In this document: positions 55,801-63,975 of the stretch, piece after piece
Numbering within the stretch: the stretch's first letter is position 1
How the letters are laid out: every line of letters begins with the position of its first letter
Source of the DNA: a virus
Length of the DNA stretch: 64,000 nucleotides
Virus record (IMG/VR): IMGVR_UViG_3300046492_000199
Reading direction: 5' to 3' (one strand)
Program-made: the position numbers and the translations under genes
Notes under the pieces: model-generated
The model's database searches: none
Seen by the model: the letters and a program-made list of their open reading frames with translations, nothing else
Told to the model about the DNA's origin: nothing

Positions 55801-56458
55801 AAGCAATAGGTCCAATGGCATTAGCACTTACCCAAGCCGATGTACCAGCAGTATTAACCGCTGCAACTTGTGCCGTGATATTGTCAAAGTCATCGTCTTC
55901 TTGAAGAACGTAAGTGCTTGCATTAGCGCCGGGGATGAGATACGAACCACGGAGCCAACGATATAGGAAAGTCGTTGGATTATTGGCCCACGTTCCGGGA
56001 TTGACTGATAAAGTGCTGCCAACAAGTGCTGAGCCGGTTGTGACAGGGGCAACAGTATTAGCCGCGAGCAAGTCCCAATGCCAGCCAGTGATGTTTTTAA
56101 TTAAGAAAGACGAAGCCGTTACTTTAAGGGTGTGATCTAATCCGCGAGTACCATAAGGCGTAAAGTCATAGGTGAAGTCGCCATTCGCATCAGTCACAGC
56201 AGTTTTAGCCGCAGCGCCGTCTAGGGAGAGCGTAACGTTCAATCCTTCAACAAGATTGCCGGGAGACAGGAGTCGGCCCGTTACAACTGGAGTCGTATCT
56301 GTTCTAACAAGCAAACTAGCGCCGGTTCCGCCTCCACTATTAATGTCGGAGATTGCAACCTTATAAGGTACGCCGTTATCATCTACTAGAAGTAATGAAC
56401 CAGTTGCGATAGCGTCAACCGGGGCTGATGGTAAAGTTTCTACTGAAACGCGTGCCAT
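52883..56458 (-). CDS. large virion protein with Ig-like repeats and a central beta-helix
   Basis: Repeated P..TG...VG.TL...GTW...Y.W modules; PbH-type region around aa 640-940. Confidence 0.75.
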   Translation of the reverse strand: MARVSVETLPSAPVDAIATGSLLLVDDNGVPYKVAISDINSGGGTGASLLVRTDTTPVVTGRLLSPGNLVEGLNVTLSLDGAAAKTAVTDANGDFTYDFTPYGTRGLDHTLKVTASSFLIKNITGWHWDLLAANTVAPVTTGSALVGSTLSVNPGTWANNPTTFLYRWLRGSYLIPGANASTYVLQEDDDFDNITAQVAAVNTAGTSAWVSANAIGPIAYLDTAVTTAPSLSGTSLIGSEIAIVPGVYTNFAKETAFEWQADGVKINDTRSSKRYYAQTVASNGTFPQGDNYTRAYGTSAYNGSNTNAASLAAFATENDYYYLAATAAGGQNDGAQLYSVTFKQGTTNSQTSAKVFLARVDSTGTVVGSEVQMIHGTLGTGFIPSVGNSPYTVTVTNDFGAWNSGDFLRVKLQQKNTGSGSNNYNIDPISGASYIDVPWGAYTGLALGKNKFTSRSEHAGKSIAAKVTYSNSSFTHNVTTAGITLEASGAQTLAPANLIIPAITATETRVNVAHNITLGSWNHQPTTFAMQVQLEATLNAGDWANVSGATTSTYIPVTGDVGKRIRVAVTATNGIGSTTAYSDPLTVLGPATYYDLAGGNDGFDGQTPDTAKQTLTGTGSITSSGSALLKRGSSWSTQLVVGASRTYDAFGTGGYPTIGTGVTFGIDQYTDGTQGLSNVTIKNLNIAGNQRGLQQRQGSNWLVEDCLFDPCGYVAKNENSQGLFFQNCNDITLRRVTLDRVWSDGIYLDNTDRVILENVNTKPVFAAEGDAVQLREDRFTTKNRGFIARGCFLDMASVKTSSGKGCLVTNMASYVYSHDNKMDGNNFVKGTDEGDFQVFCRNACTHALMNSYSFGYGIGGYDNQGGSLQHEVYDNTWYNINRAHSYSGISVSGNTIKPYRADIAVHDELIWKCANGISIDRPTSGIFRGIVFHNVTTTLRRTDTTVPQVGTMKSFTWSDHFIYKGVVVAPPPILTRAVITGTRAVGQTLDGTDTDFDTSVILAQFPGATITRSYQWRRHRPVVQLANWTEHLGYDCRWIDGATGPSYTIQTEDMGCLVSRVDRIHIVVTDGTVTNLAYDATYATSTPIARTGELATPMPVLTTTGTISIAGTALDAVVVNLPPLLNNETRTLLNSATAPTAYTGAAIYINADGDIARSTATLTNGSTVVCILRQTRGIDIKDYFLAITVTA

Positions 56459-56463
56459 AAATA

Positions 56464-56955
56464 TTATTGCTCCAAAAGGTCTACTAGTGTGGCAAGGGTA
56501 ACTTTTCTAGAACCGCTAGCCGTTGCGATGAAAGTGTAGCCAACAAGCGTGGCTGTGGTATTTAATTCATTTAAAAATTTATCTTGTAGGGTATGAATCC
56601 CTACGTCATCGGCTGATCTATCGCCGGAATATGCTACGTTGCTCAGCGCTTCATCGAGCAGGAGGAGGGAAAATTCTTCAGTCGGTGAAGGTGTAGTTCC
56701 GCCGCCGCCGGGACCGCCATTATTGCCACCATCCCCATTATCGCCATCATCGGTATGACCGCCGCCACCGTTGCCATCGCCTGTGCCGCCACCGGGATTT
56801 TGGGCAGGATTTTGCTTCTTCGCTTCATCTTCGATATCGGGATTGCCGATGTAGAAGTGAACCTTCCCGATTGACCAACGAATTTTACGCCCGCTCTTCT
56901 TAATGAAAAACGAACGTCGCAATCTGTTATTTAGGGAAGAGCCGCGAATCGACAT
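56464..56955 (-). CDS. hypothetical protein with basic N-terminus and Gly/Asp/Asn linker
   Basis: 163 aa, GGGTGDGNGGGG low-complexity segment. Confidence 0.65.
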   Translation of the reverse strand: MSIRGSSLNNRLRRSFFIKKSGRKIRWSIGKVHFYIGNPDIEDEAKKQNPAQNPGGGTGDGNGGGGHTDDGDNGDGGNNGGPGGGGTTPSPTEEFSLLLLDEALSNVAYSGDRSADDVGIHTLQDKFLNELNTTATLVGYTFIATASGSRKVTLATLVDLLEQ

Positions 56956-56961
56956 AATTTT

Positions 56962-57222
56962 TTAAACCGTCAATACTTTGACAATAACTTCTTGCGCGGG
57001 GCAGCGAATAAAAATCTTATCGGTATTGGCAGTGAGACTTGACGCACTGAAATTGTCATCCGCATCGATCTGCACAAAGTCCAGTGTGTTATCGGCTGGG
57101 GTGTCAGGTCCGATAAAAAGTTCAAGGTCGAATTGCTTATTGGCAAAAAGAAAAACTTCAGTGGTATTGAAAGCCACTAGAACCCATGACGAAGAAACGG
57201 TGTAAGCCTTGGAAGCGGCCAT
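56962..57222 (-). CDS. small beta-rich protein, paralogue of 51385-51651
   Basis: MAASKAYTVSSSWVLV ... DKIFIR. Confidence 0.7.
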   Translation of the reverse strand: MAASKAYTVSSSWVLVAFNTTEVFLFANKQFDLELFIGPDTPADNTLDFVQIDADDNFSASSLTANTDKIFIRCPAQEVIVKVLTV

Positions 57223-57258
57223 AATAATAATCCCTAAATAAATATTTATTTTGGGATT

Positions 57259-57287
57259 AATATAACATTAAATTTTTAAAAAGTCAA
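57259..57287 (-). promoter_or_regulatory. sigma70-type promoter
   Basis: TTGACT-17 nt-TATATT. Confidence 0.65.
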
Positions 57288-57314
57288 GAATTTATTACTT
57301 GGTCCAAAAGTTAA

Positions 57315-58493
57315 CTAAACGGCCCATTTCTTGATCGTAGAGCCGAGGAAATTTCCTAGATCGGTATAGAGTAATTCTGTGGGGTGATTGGCGTTAAACA
57401 TCCAGCCCTTACTGTTTAACGTGACCCAATCTGTGTATTTCCCGAACTGATCCACCATCGGTAGATTGTTGGAAGCCGCCAGTTTGCGTAACGCTTCTCT
57501 GAACTGTTGTTGCACCGTGTCGGTAATTGTATCGATGCGCGACGGATTACCAGTCATCAGCATTACATCGGCTCCACCAGCTTTCGCGGCGTTGATAATG
57601 GATTGCATTTGAGTGGGATATGTCGTGTTATAAGTCGTAGGAGCGAGGAGGCCGTTATTAATTGTTAAATCAATAATAACTAGATCGGCATCGGAACAAT
57701 AAGTAGTAACCGCGTTTAGCGAGGTCCAAGGGTTTGCCGTGCCGATCCAATCCGAGGTTTGCGAGACGCAGTTTCCAAGGTTCCAAATATCAATGGCTTT
57801 GGACGTATCGTCCCACGCCCTAACCCCTGCTACGAAAGCATTACCTGAATCTCGTTTGACATTAAGGGTATGAGTGCCGAGCGAGCCGCAATCAATAATG
57901 GTGCTTCTGAGAGTATTGGTTCCGTTTTGAGAAACGATTGTGTCACTTCCGCCATCAACGTTATAAGCAATGGCTCCACCAGTGCTAATAATAATATCAA
58001 TCAATTCAAATTTCGAAACAGCAATTGTGGGAGTGTAGCTCAAAACACTAGTCGTGTCGGCAGTGTTGGTGAACAAACAACCACCAGCCGTGGTAGAAGA
58101 AGATAATACCCAACCAGCTGACGCAGGGTTAAAGCCCGACTTAACAGAATTTCTGTTTTCTGTAATAGTGACAACTGTTGTGGTTAGGCCAGAACTTCCA
58201 ATTTTATTTTCATTGACAGCCGGGACGCCGAGCGTGGTGAGGGATGCAGCGAGTTTGGCGGGCCAAGCTTTTGACATGCATCCACCTCTACCAGTGCCGC
58301 CTGTTCCAGACCCTTCACCAAAAGTGGTGCTGTCTCCGATGCAAATGATTTTACCACGACCTGTACCGCTCGTGACGCGAGCCAATGCATCGCGCGTTTT
58401 ACGAAACTGCGTCGAAGAAAAATTATAAAGCCCCGGCACAATTGTCGCGCCAGAGCCTACAATTGCTCTTTTTTGATTTTTTCCCAATGCCAT
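57315..58493 (-). CDS. SGNH/GDSL-like esterase
   Basis: IGDSTT, DLTINN, NANHP; start reassigned to ATG 58493. Confidence 0.82.
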   Translation of the reverse strand: MALGKNQKRAIVGSGATIVPGLYNFSSTQFRKTRDALARVTSGTGRGKIICIGDSTTFGEGSGTGGTGRGGCMSKAWPAKLAASLTTLGVPAVNENKIGSSGLTTTVVTITENRNSVKSGFNPASAGWVLSSSTTAGGCLFTNTADTTSVLSYTPTIAVSKFELIDIIISTGGAIAYNVDGGSDTIVSQNGTNTLRSTIIDCGSLGTHTLNVKRDSGNAFVAGVRAWDDTSKAIDIWNLGNCVSQTSDWIGTANPWTSLNAVTTYCSDADLVIIDLTINNGLLAPTTYNTTYPTQMQSIINAAKAGGADVMLMTGNPSRIDTITDTVQQQFREALRKLAASNNLPMVDQFGKYTDWVTLNSKGWMFNANHPTELLYTDLGNFLGSTIKKWAV

Positions 58494-58531
58494 AGTAACA
58501 AAAATACCCCCAAAATCCCAATTTTGAGGGT

Positions 58532-58560
58532 ATATTAGCACTTAATTTTTAAAAAGTCAA
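58532..58560 (-). promoter_or_regulatory. sigma70-type promoter
   Basis: TTGACT-17 nt-TAATAT. Confidence 0.65.
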
Positions 58561-59318
58561 GAAATATCGAGTTTTGCCATTTCTTCACAAATATCATCGC
58601 CGGGGATGAGCATTGAGATTCCGGTATATGAAGACATTTTTCTTGGCTCTACGCCTTTGCTAGGGTCATCTGGATCATTGGGGGCTAGCGCAATACCGGC
58701 TGGTCCGGTAAGGATCGCGTCATTGAGGCCAATCACTTCGCCTTTGACATTAAAGGTAGGTCCGCCGCTCATGCCGGGGGCTACGACTAGATCAGTAGGG
58801 ATAATGTTAAATTCGGTAACACTATTTGAAACTTTGTGTCCCGCAACCTTGCCAAACGTTGTGATAAACTCTAGGAAGGTTGGGTTGCCCATCGAGATAA
58901 TGTCATCACCCAATTTAGGACTGGTGCAGCTGAGTTTTGATTTCTTTAACGCTTTACCAGCTTTGATTGGCTCAAGGAACGCTATGTCCTTTTCGGGGAT
59001 TAATTTAACGATTTTTAGGTCAAAAATCGTTCCGTCAGGCATTTTTGCGATGAATTTAGCTATTTTTGAGCCTTTTTCGCCCGCAAAAACGTGATTTACC
59101 GACAAAATCAGGCCATTTTCGATATAAACGCCACTCCCATGGCCCATTTCTTCGTTTTTATCGTCAATTGCTTCAATTTTAACCACTGAAGCCATCATTT
59201 TGTCGTAATCCGGAGCTTTATTATCAAAATACGCAAAACTCGAAAGTCCTGCAACTGCGACCGCAGCAATAAATGCAATTTTAATCATTAGTCTGTTCCC
59301 ATTTATTTCGTTTATCAT
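58557..59318 (-). CDS. trypsin-like serine protease with N-terminal signal/TM segment
   Basis: GSGV, LSVNHV (His), DIAFL (Asp), PGMSGGP (Ser). Confidence 0.9.
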   Translation of the reverse strand: MINEINGNRLMIKIAFIAAVAVAGLSSFAYFDNKAPDYDKMMASVVKIEAIDDKNEEMGHGSGVYIENGLILSVNHVFAGEKGSKIAKFIAKMPDGTIFDLKIVKLIPEKDIAFLEPIKAGKALKKSKLSCTSPKLGDDIISMGNPTFLEFITTFGKVAGHKVSNSVTEFNIIPTDLVVAPGMSGGPTFNVKGEVIGLNDAILTGPAGIALAPNDPDDPSKGVEPRKMSSYTGISMLIPGDDICEEMAKLDIS

Positions 59319-59584
59319 CTCATATAATTAACGAAATGTCAAGATTTAAATTAATGGTCCAAAAATTAAAATGGTAAGTTACTGAAATTTTTGAGCACTA
59401 ACTTGCGGTGAAAAATTTTTTTGAGGGTAAGGGTCTGGAACATGGGGGGGGGTGTGTTGGCGTACAAGTTGGGTTGTGTATTTTTTACAGTAGTAAGGCC
59501 GGAAATCGAGGGGGAGGGGTATACCGGCCTTGGGTCCCTCTCGATTTTAAATCAATAATAGATTAGAGTCAACAACAATCGACA

Positions 59585-59779
59585 CTAGTCATCGCATCTC
59601 GTCTCGACTAGCTCAAGTTTAAATTGTTTTAATGATTTATTTAATTCTGAATCTATTTTATTTATTTCATCTTCTTTCATTCTGCATTCTTCATACGTGT
59701 ATTGACCATACACGTGCAACGAATCAATATCCGTTGCAGTGTTATGCACTAGCACAAAGAGAGTCAGCAACTTAATCAT
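59585..59779 (-). CDS. small hypothetical protein with hydrophobic N-terminus
   Basis: 64 aa, AAGGGG RBS. Confidence 0.55.
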   Translation of the reverse strand: MIKLLTLFVLVHNTATDIDSLHVYGQYTYEECRMKEDEINKIDSELNKSLKQFKLELVETRCDD

Positions 59780-60092
59780 ATCGTTTCCCCTTCTATCCCT
59801 AGCCTGCTAGGCGCATGGCCTATGCATGCACCATGTATTAGAACATATTAATGATTGCAGTATATGCGGCATGCGCTGCGAGCTTGAACAATTCGCGTAT
59901 GATGTAAGGCGCGACATGATCGGTAGTCATCATGTATGCCAGCCCACAAGCCATAGCAGTGGCAAAGCAGTTGCTGATATCGGAGAAGAAATAACCAATC
60001 TGTTTACGCATGCGCCTTACTCCTTATGTGTTGTGTATGAATAGACTATATCGAACAATGTAAGACAATGCAATCATTATCTTACATCTATT

Positions 60093-60163
60093 CAATCTAT
60101 TATATATTCATATATGATACATAGTGCATACACTATATGCACATATGAATATATAATAGATTG
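60093..60163. repeat. 21-bp perfect inverted repeat with nested hairpin
   Basis: CAATCTATTATATATTCATAT / ATATGAATATATAATAGATTG; inner ATAGTG-cata-CACTAT. Confidence 0.9.
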
Positions 60164-60205
60164 TGCATGTATGCACTGCCATGCATGGCCATGCTACTAG
60201 GTAGG

Positions 60206-60244
60206 CTGCTACGCCATGGCCCATATAGAGGCATGGCGTAGCAG
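60206..60244. repeat. 13-bp perfect inverted repeat (possible terminator of early genes)
   Basis: CTGCTACGCCATG / CATGGCGTAGCAG. Confidence 0.8.
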
Positions 60245-60253
60245 GAAGGCGTT

Positions 60254-60499
60254 CTAGTAAGTCGTTATTCCATCCTTTGGAGATGCGTCTATGTGGGCTT
60301 GTAGGGCGGCAATAGCGCCTTGATAATCCCTTGCCTTGAATTTCTTGCCAGTGATTTCACTAGCCTTTGCCATCATGGCCTTTGGCGTCCACATACGATT
60401 CGGCTTCATTCCGGTCTTAGCGTAAAGGCTCAAACCGTGTTTCAGCGAAACCGCAACAAAAAGATTCACGCCCGTTCCAGTAGCAACGATTCCAGTCAT
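60254..60499 (-). CDS. early-type hypothetical protein
   Basis: MTGIVATG... after AAGGAG. Confidence 0.7.
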   Translation of the reverse strand: MTGIVATGTGVNLFVAVSLKHGLSLYAKTGMKPNRMWTPKAMMAKASEITGKKFKARDYQGAIAALQAHIDASPKDGITTY

Positions 60500-60574
60500 G
60501 TCATTTTCTCCTTTGGTTTGACATGTAAGCATTTCGAAATAAAGCGCCATTCGCGGCGCTCCTAATCGAAAGGC

Positions 60575-60856
60575 TTAATCTATATCGGCAAACAGATTTT
60601 CCAAAGGCGGCAAGCCATTCTGTTTGCGGAAAACGTTGCGCATTTGAAGGCCGGTATCCAAGCAATGGGCGCAACGGTCTTTTGCATCAACCTTTGCGAA
60701 TTCAAGACGCCCGACAATCTCAGAAGCCATGAAACGGTATGTGTCGCGACCATTGTTTTTGATCTTACCATTTGAACCGATTTGGCTTGCACAAACAGCG
60801 CGTGGGCGAGTCGTTTCGTCAACAAGCTTGTTTGCGCGGAGGTGAATTTTAGCCAT
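60575..60856 (-). CDS. early-type hypothetical protein
   Basis: MAKIHLRANK... after the shared GGAATACGGAA leader. Confidence 0.7.
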   Translation of the reverse strand: MAKIHLRANKLVDETTRPRAVCASQIGSNGKIKNNGRDTYRFMASEIVGRLEFAKVDAKDRCAHCLDTGLQMRNVFRKQNGLPPLENLFADID

Positions 60857-61140
60857 TTCCGTATTCCTCTTGTTTCGATATCTACACAATAACATTTCCT
60901 TACATCTTGGCAAGCGGAATTTTTAAAAATCTCAAAAATAATCGAGCGTCCTGCAAAGCCTTTTAGAGCTTCACAGAACGCGATTCAGTGATTTGGCTAG
61001 GGCAATACCATCTAAGCCCTAAAAGCCGTTCCTTGGGCTTGCCTATGGCCTAGTGATGCAGTCCGATTAGGACATAGAGCAGTAGGCAAGAGCCGCAAAA
61101 TCCATAGAATTGAAACAATCGATAGTGCTCCTTTCTGCGA

Positions 61141-61737
61141 TCAAATCGCCTGAATAACTTTATAGCCAATGGCCTTAAGGTAGTTCAAACCAGATTCGCG
61201 GAAACATGAGCTATAGCCCGTTTCGCAATCGTCCGACATTTCCCATTCCCGTTGCAGCTTGAAAGCCGTTTCTTTGACTTCATTCCACCTTGCGTTTTTC
61301 GTGTCAGCGTCGGAGTCGGCAATGCCTAGCGCGGCATAGGCCTTTTCATACCAATCATTAGCGTAAACCATTCTACCGGTCGCCTTGCTGATACTGGTAT
61401 AGTTGGCAAGACTGTAACCCTTTTTGGGCGTGTAGTCACGCGGGAAGGTCTTACGACCTTTTGGCGGTTTTGGCGCTCCTACACTCTCAGCGTGATTCGT
61501 CATTTCATGACCGTCAATCGTCATTCCAGAAAGAGCCGCAGTGAATTTGTCGTAGCCATAGCCACCCGCCGTGGCATGCTGAAACTCGCCATGGAAATCA
61601 TGCACGTTAACAAGGCATGTTCCGCCGTCGCTGAAATGCGCCTTAACCGTGGCGACATGCTCGCCTTTCTTGTTCAAGACGACATAGGCGGAAATGCTCT
61701 TTCCAGCCTTGGTATCGTGTACATATTTGGTCGCCAT
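61141..61737 (-). CDS. early-type hypothetical protein
   Basis: MATKYVHDTK... after AAGGAG. Confidence 0.75.
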   Translation of the reverse strand: MATKYVHDTKAGKSISAYVVLNKKGEHVATVKAHFSDGGTCLVNVHDFHGEFQHATAGGYGYDKFTAALSGMTIDGHEMTNHAESVGAPKPPKGRKTFPRDYTPKKGYSLANYTSISKATGRMVYANDWYEKAYAALGIADSDADTKNARWNEVKETAFKLQREWEMSDDCETGYSSCFRESGLNYLKAIGYKVIQAI

Positions 61738-61800
61738 GCTCAAAACTCCTTTGTTAAGCATTTATTAAACGCCTTGCTGGCAAGGCGTTGATATAAAGGC

Positions 61801-62022
61801 TTAGCAAGCCGTCATATAATCAAAGCTGCAATCCATGTTGAAAACATGCTGAATCAGCCTATCAGGATTGCGCTTTGTGGCGCTAAGGAACGTGACAATG
61901 ATTTTCATCTCGTCTTTGTAGATTACTGACGAATATTCGCGAGTGTCTACTTCCAAGCGATTTTCTTGTACAAAACGCTTGAGGGCGTGGCGAGCGGCGG
62001 CGCGTGTTTCGGTGCGAGTCAT
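61801..62022 (-). CDS. early-type hypothetical protein
   Basis: MTRTETRAA... after the shared leader. Confidence 0.7.
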   Translation of the reverse strand: MTRTETRAAARHALKRFVQENRLEVDTREYSSVIYKDEMKIIVTFLSATKRNPDRLIQHVFNMDCSFDYMTAC

Positions 62023-62038
62023 TTCCGTATTCCCTTTG

Positions 62039-62081
62039 TTGACCATGTAAGGAATTTAGAACCTTTTCCTTACATGGTCAA
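62039..62081 (-). promoter_or_regulatory. palindromic promoter cassette 1
   Basis: 15-bp IR TTGACCATGTAAGGA-13 nt-TCCTTACATGGTCAA; TTGACC-17-TAAATT on - strand. Confidence 0.8.
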
Positions 62082-62096
62082 GCGGTTTTTTAAAGA

Positions 62097-62852
62097 TTAC
62101 AACGCCTTTGGGCGATTAACGACCGTAGTCTTGACGCCTTTATAATCGTTATGCTGCTTAACCGTCGCCTTGAAAGCGATTGTTTCGCCAACTTTGCCCA
62201 TTTCGTTATTGAAGAAAGAAACGATATCGTTTCCGATTCTAACCTTAGTGATAGTGTAACCAGCTTGATAGTCCGTTTCTTCCTTCTTGATGAAAGCGAA
62301 AATTTCGCCTTTGAATTCGCGGCGCTCGCCAATCGTGCCGATGAAAGAAGAAAGGGAGTCAACCGCGAAGCGTTCGGCGCGGATTGCCTCACGCTTGGCA
62401 ATCAAACCCTTTTCCAGTGCAACGCCTTGACAAGCCGCAATCAAAGCATTCGAAACCATGTTTGATTCGCTAAGGGCTTGATCGGCAAAATACAGGACAT
62501 AGGAGTCGGGCGCGTCAACAATCTTAACGCCTTTGTGCTTACCAAAAGGAAACACACCATTTTCAATTTCTTCAATGTTGCGAGTGTCATAGATGGAAAG
62601 CTTGCCGCGTCTCTTGTCAGCTTCAAACTCAGGCATATCATTGAAAAGGATTTCAAGCGTTGCATCGTGGGAAACGCGGCTTTTAAGGCGTTCAACATAA
62701 TCCGTTGCCTTCTCTACTGCCTTTTCTTCCGTAGCAGCAAGATTGCAGATGTAGTTATCAATGAAAAACTTGCCTACTACATTAACGCGAAGAGTGTACA
62801 TTGCGTTTTTAGCGCCGGTCGAAATGTAGTAAATGCGAGTCTGCTTTTCCAT
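62097..62852 (-). CDS. early-type protein with FPFGKHKG motif and OB-fold-like C-terminus
   Basis: FPFGKHKG motif; IGTIGERREF...FKATVKQH..YKGVKTT. Confidence 0.7.
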   Translation of the reverse strand: MEKQTRIYYISTGAKNAMYTLRVNVVGKFFIDNYICNLAATEEKAVEKATDYVERLKSRVSHDATLEILFNDMPEFEADKRRGKLSIYDTRNIEEIENGVFPFGKHKGVKIVDAPDSYVLYFADQALSESNMVSNALIAACQGVALEKGLIAKREAIRAERFAVDSLSSFIGTIGERREFKGEIFAFIKKEETDYQAGYTITKVRIGNDIVSFFNNEMGKVGETIAFKATVKQHNDYKGVKTTVVNRPKAL

Positions 62853-62874
62853 TTCCGTATTCCCTTTAATGCAG

Positions 62875-62917
62875 TTGACCATGTAAGGAAGATACGACTC
62901 TTTCCTTACATGGTCAA
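62875..62917 (-). promoter_or_regulatory. palindromic promoter cassette 2
   Basis: 16-bp IR; TTGACC-17-TATCTT on - strand. Confidence 0.8.
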
Positions 62918-62936
62918 TAGGCAAATCCGAGAATTT

Positions 62937-63062
62937 TTAATAAAAACGCTTTTCGACTCCATCCCTCTTATCAGCCGCGACAAAGGCGAAAACGTTGCGT
63001 CTTGCCTGCTTATCACGGCGCGCGTTCTGGATTGCCTTCTTGTTCATTTTGTTCTGCGACAT
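62937..63062 (-). CDS. 41-aa basic peptide (not in ORF track)
   Basis: MSQNKMNKKAIQNARRDKQARR... after AAGGAG. Confidence 0.55.
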   Translation of the reverse strand: MSQNKMNKKAIQNARRDKQARRNVFAFVAADKRDGVEKRFY

Positions 63063-63124
63063 GCTCTTAATCTCCTTTGTTGTAGAGCTATACCGTTCCA
63101 CCATTGGAGCGGTATTGTTGCGGT

Positions 63125-63445
63125 TTAATCGTTTTGTTGTTCCAGATATTCCCGCCGCGTTGCCACGGAAACATGAATTGCGGAATGTTTGTTATCCCTT
63201 GTGCCATAGGGCAAAACATCGGGATAATAAGAAGGTTTGGCCTTCTTTGCTTCGCGCCACATATGAGCGGCAAGCGCAGCAACGCCTTTCTTGTTTGCGC
63301 CAATGAAGCCTGCATCGCGAATGTCGCGCGCTTCCCATTCAATCGCGTTTTTCAATTCGCGCCTTGTGTCACATTTGATCACATAGGCGCTATCTGGCAT
63401 GTAACAGCCACGCAAGCCTTGCATGATATTGAAGTATTTCGCCAT
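63125..63445 (-). CDS. early-type hypothetical protein
   Basis: 106 aa, AAGGAG RBS. Confidence 0.7.
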   Translation of the reverse strand: MAKYFNIMQGLRGCYMPDSAYVIKCDTRRELKNAIEWEARDIRDAGFIGANKKGVAALAAHMWREAKKAKPSYYPDVLPYGTRDNKHSAIHVSVATRREYLEQQND

Positions 63446-63457
63446 TGCCCTAGCTCC

Positions 63458-63679
63458 TTAAGCCTTTTGGAACAATTTAATTTCCGCTGCATAGTAGAAA
63501 ATGTCGTCGTTTTCGTAGTTCTCAGAAACGACTGCATATTGAGTGATTCCATCCTTAACGAATTCGTTGTCAAGAATGCCCACAAAACCTTCATTCATAG
63601 GCCAACCGTTTTCAACGCCTTTTACGATCATGACGAAATCGCCAATTTCGATTTTGTCGTTTTTAATCTTGCGGGCCAT
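63458..63679 (-). CDS. early-type hypothetical protein
   Basis: MARKIKNDK... after the leader variant GGAAACACGGAA. Confidence 0.7.
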   Translation of the reverse strand: MARKIKNDKIEIGDFVMIVKGVENGWPMNEGFVGILDNEFVKDGITQYAVVSENYENDDIFYYAAEIKLFQKA

Positions 63680-63694
63680 TTCCGTGTTTCCTTG

Positions 63695-63737
63695 TTGACT
63701 ATGTAAGGATATTAAAATCATTTCCTTACATAGTCAA
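63695..63737 (-). promoter_or_regulatory. palindromic promoter cassette 3
   Basis: 15-bp IR TTGACTATGTAAGGA-13 nt-TCCTTACATAGTCAA; TTGACT-17-TAATAT. Confidence 0.8.
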
Positions 63738-63741
63738 TAGC

Positions 63742-63975
63742 TTATTTCCAATTTTTTGCAGTTTCGCCATATGCCTTTTCGCCATAGGCAACGGCTTCAT
63801 AACGACGCTTGAAAAGCTTTGCGCTGCATTCACCTTCTGCATAGCAGTAGGAATCAGAGTTTGGAGTCATCCAAGCCAAACGCCAAAGGTCTGTCATAGT
63901 GTCGCGCTTTACGTAAAGCTCCGCCGACATATCAGGCTGCAAACCGCGATTCTCAGTCATTTTGTAAGGACGCAT
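63742..63975 (-). CDS. early-type hypothetical protein
   Basis: MRPYKMTEN... after the shared leader; a fourth cassette begins at 63992 and is cut by the window edge. Confidence 0.7.
   Translation of the reverse strand: MRPYKMTENRGLQPDMSAELYVKRDTMTDLWRLAWMTPNSDSYCYAEGECSAKLFKRRYEAVAYGEKAYGETAKNWK

Noticed and set aside
61039-61089. TGATGCA-GTCC-gatta-GGAC looks like hammerhead stem II
   Set aside because: The CUGANGA core is broken and GAAA is absent after stem II
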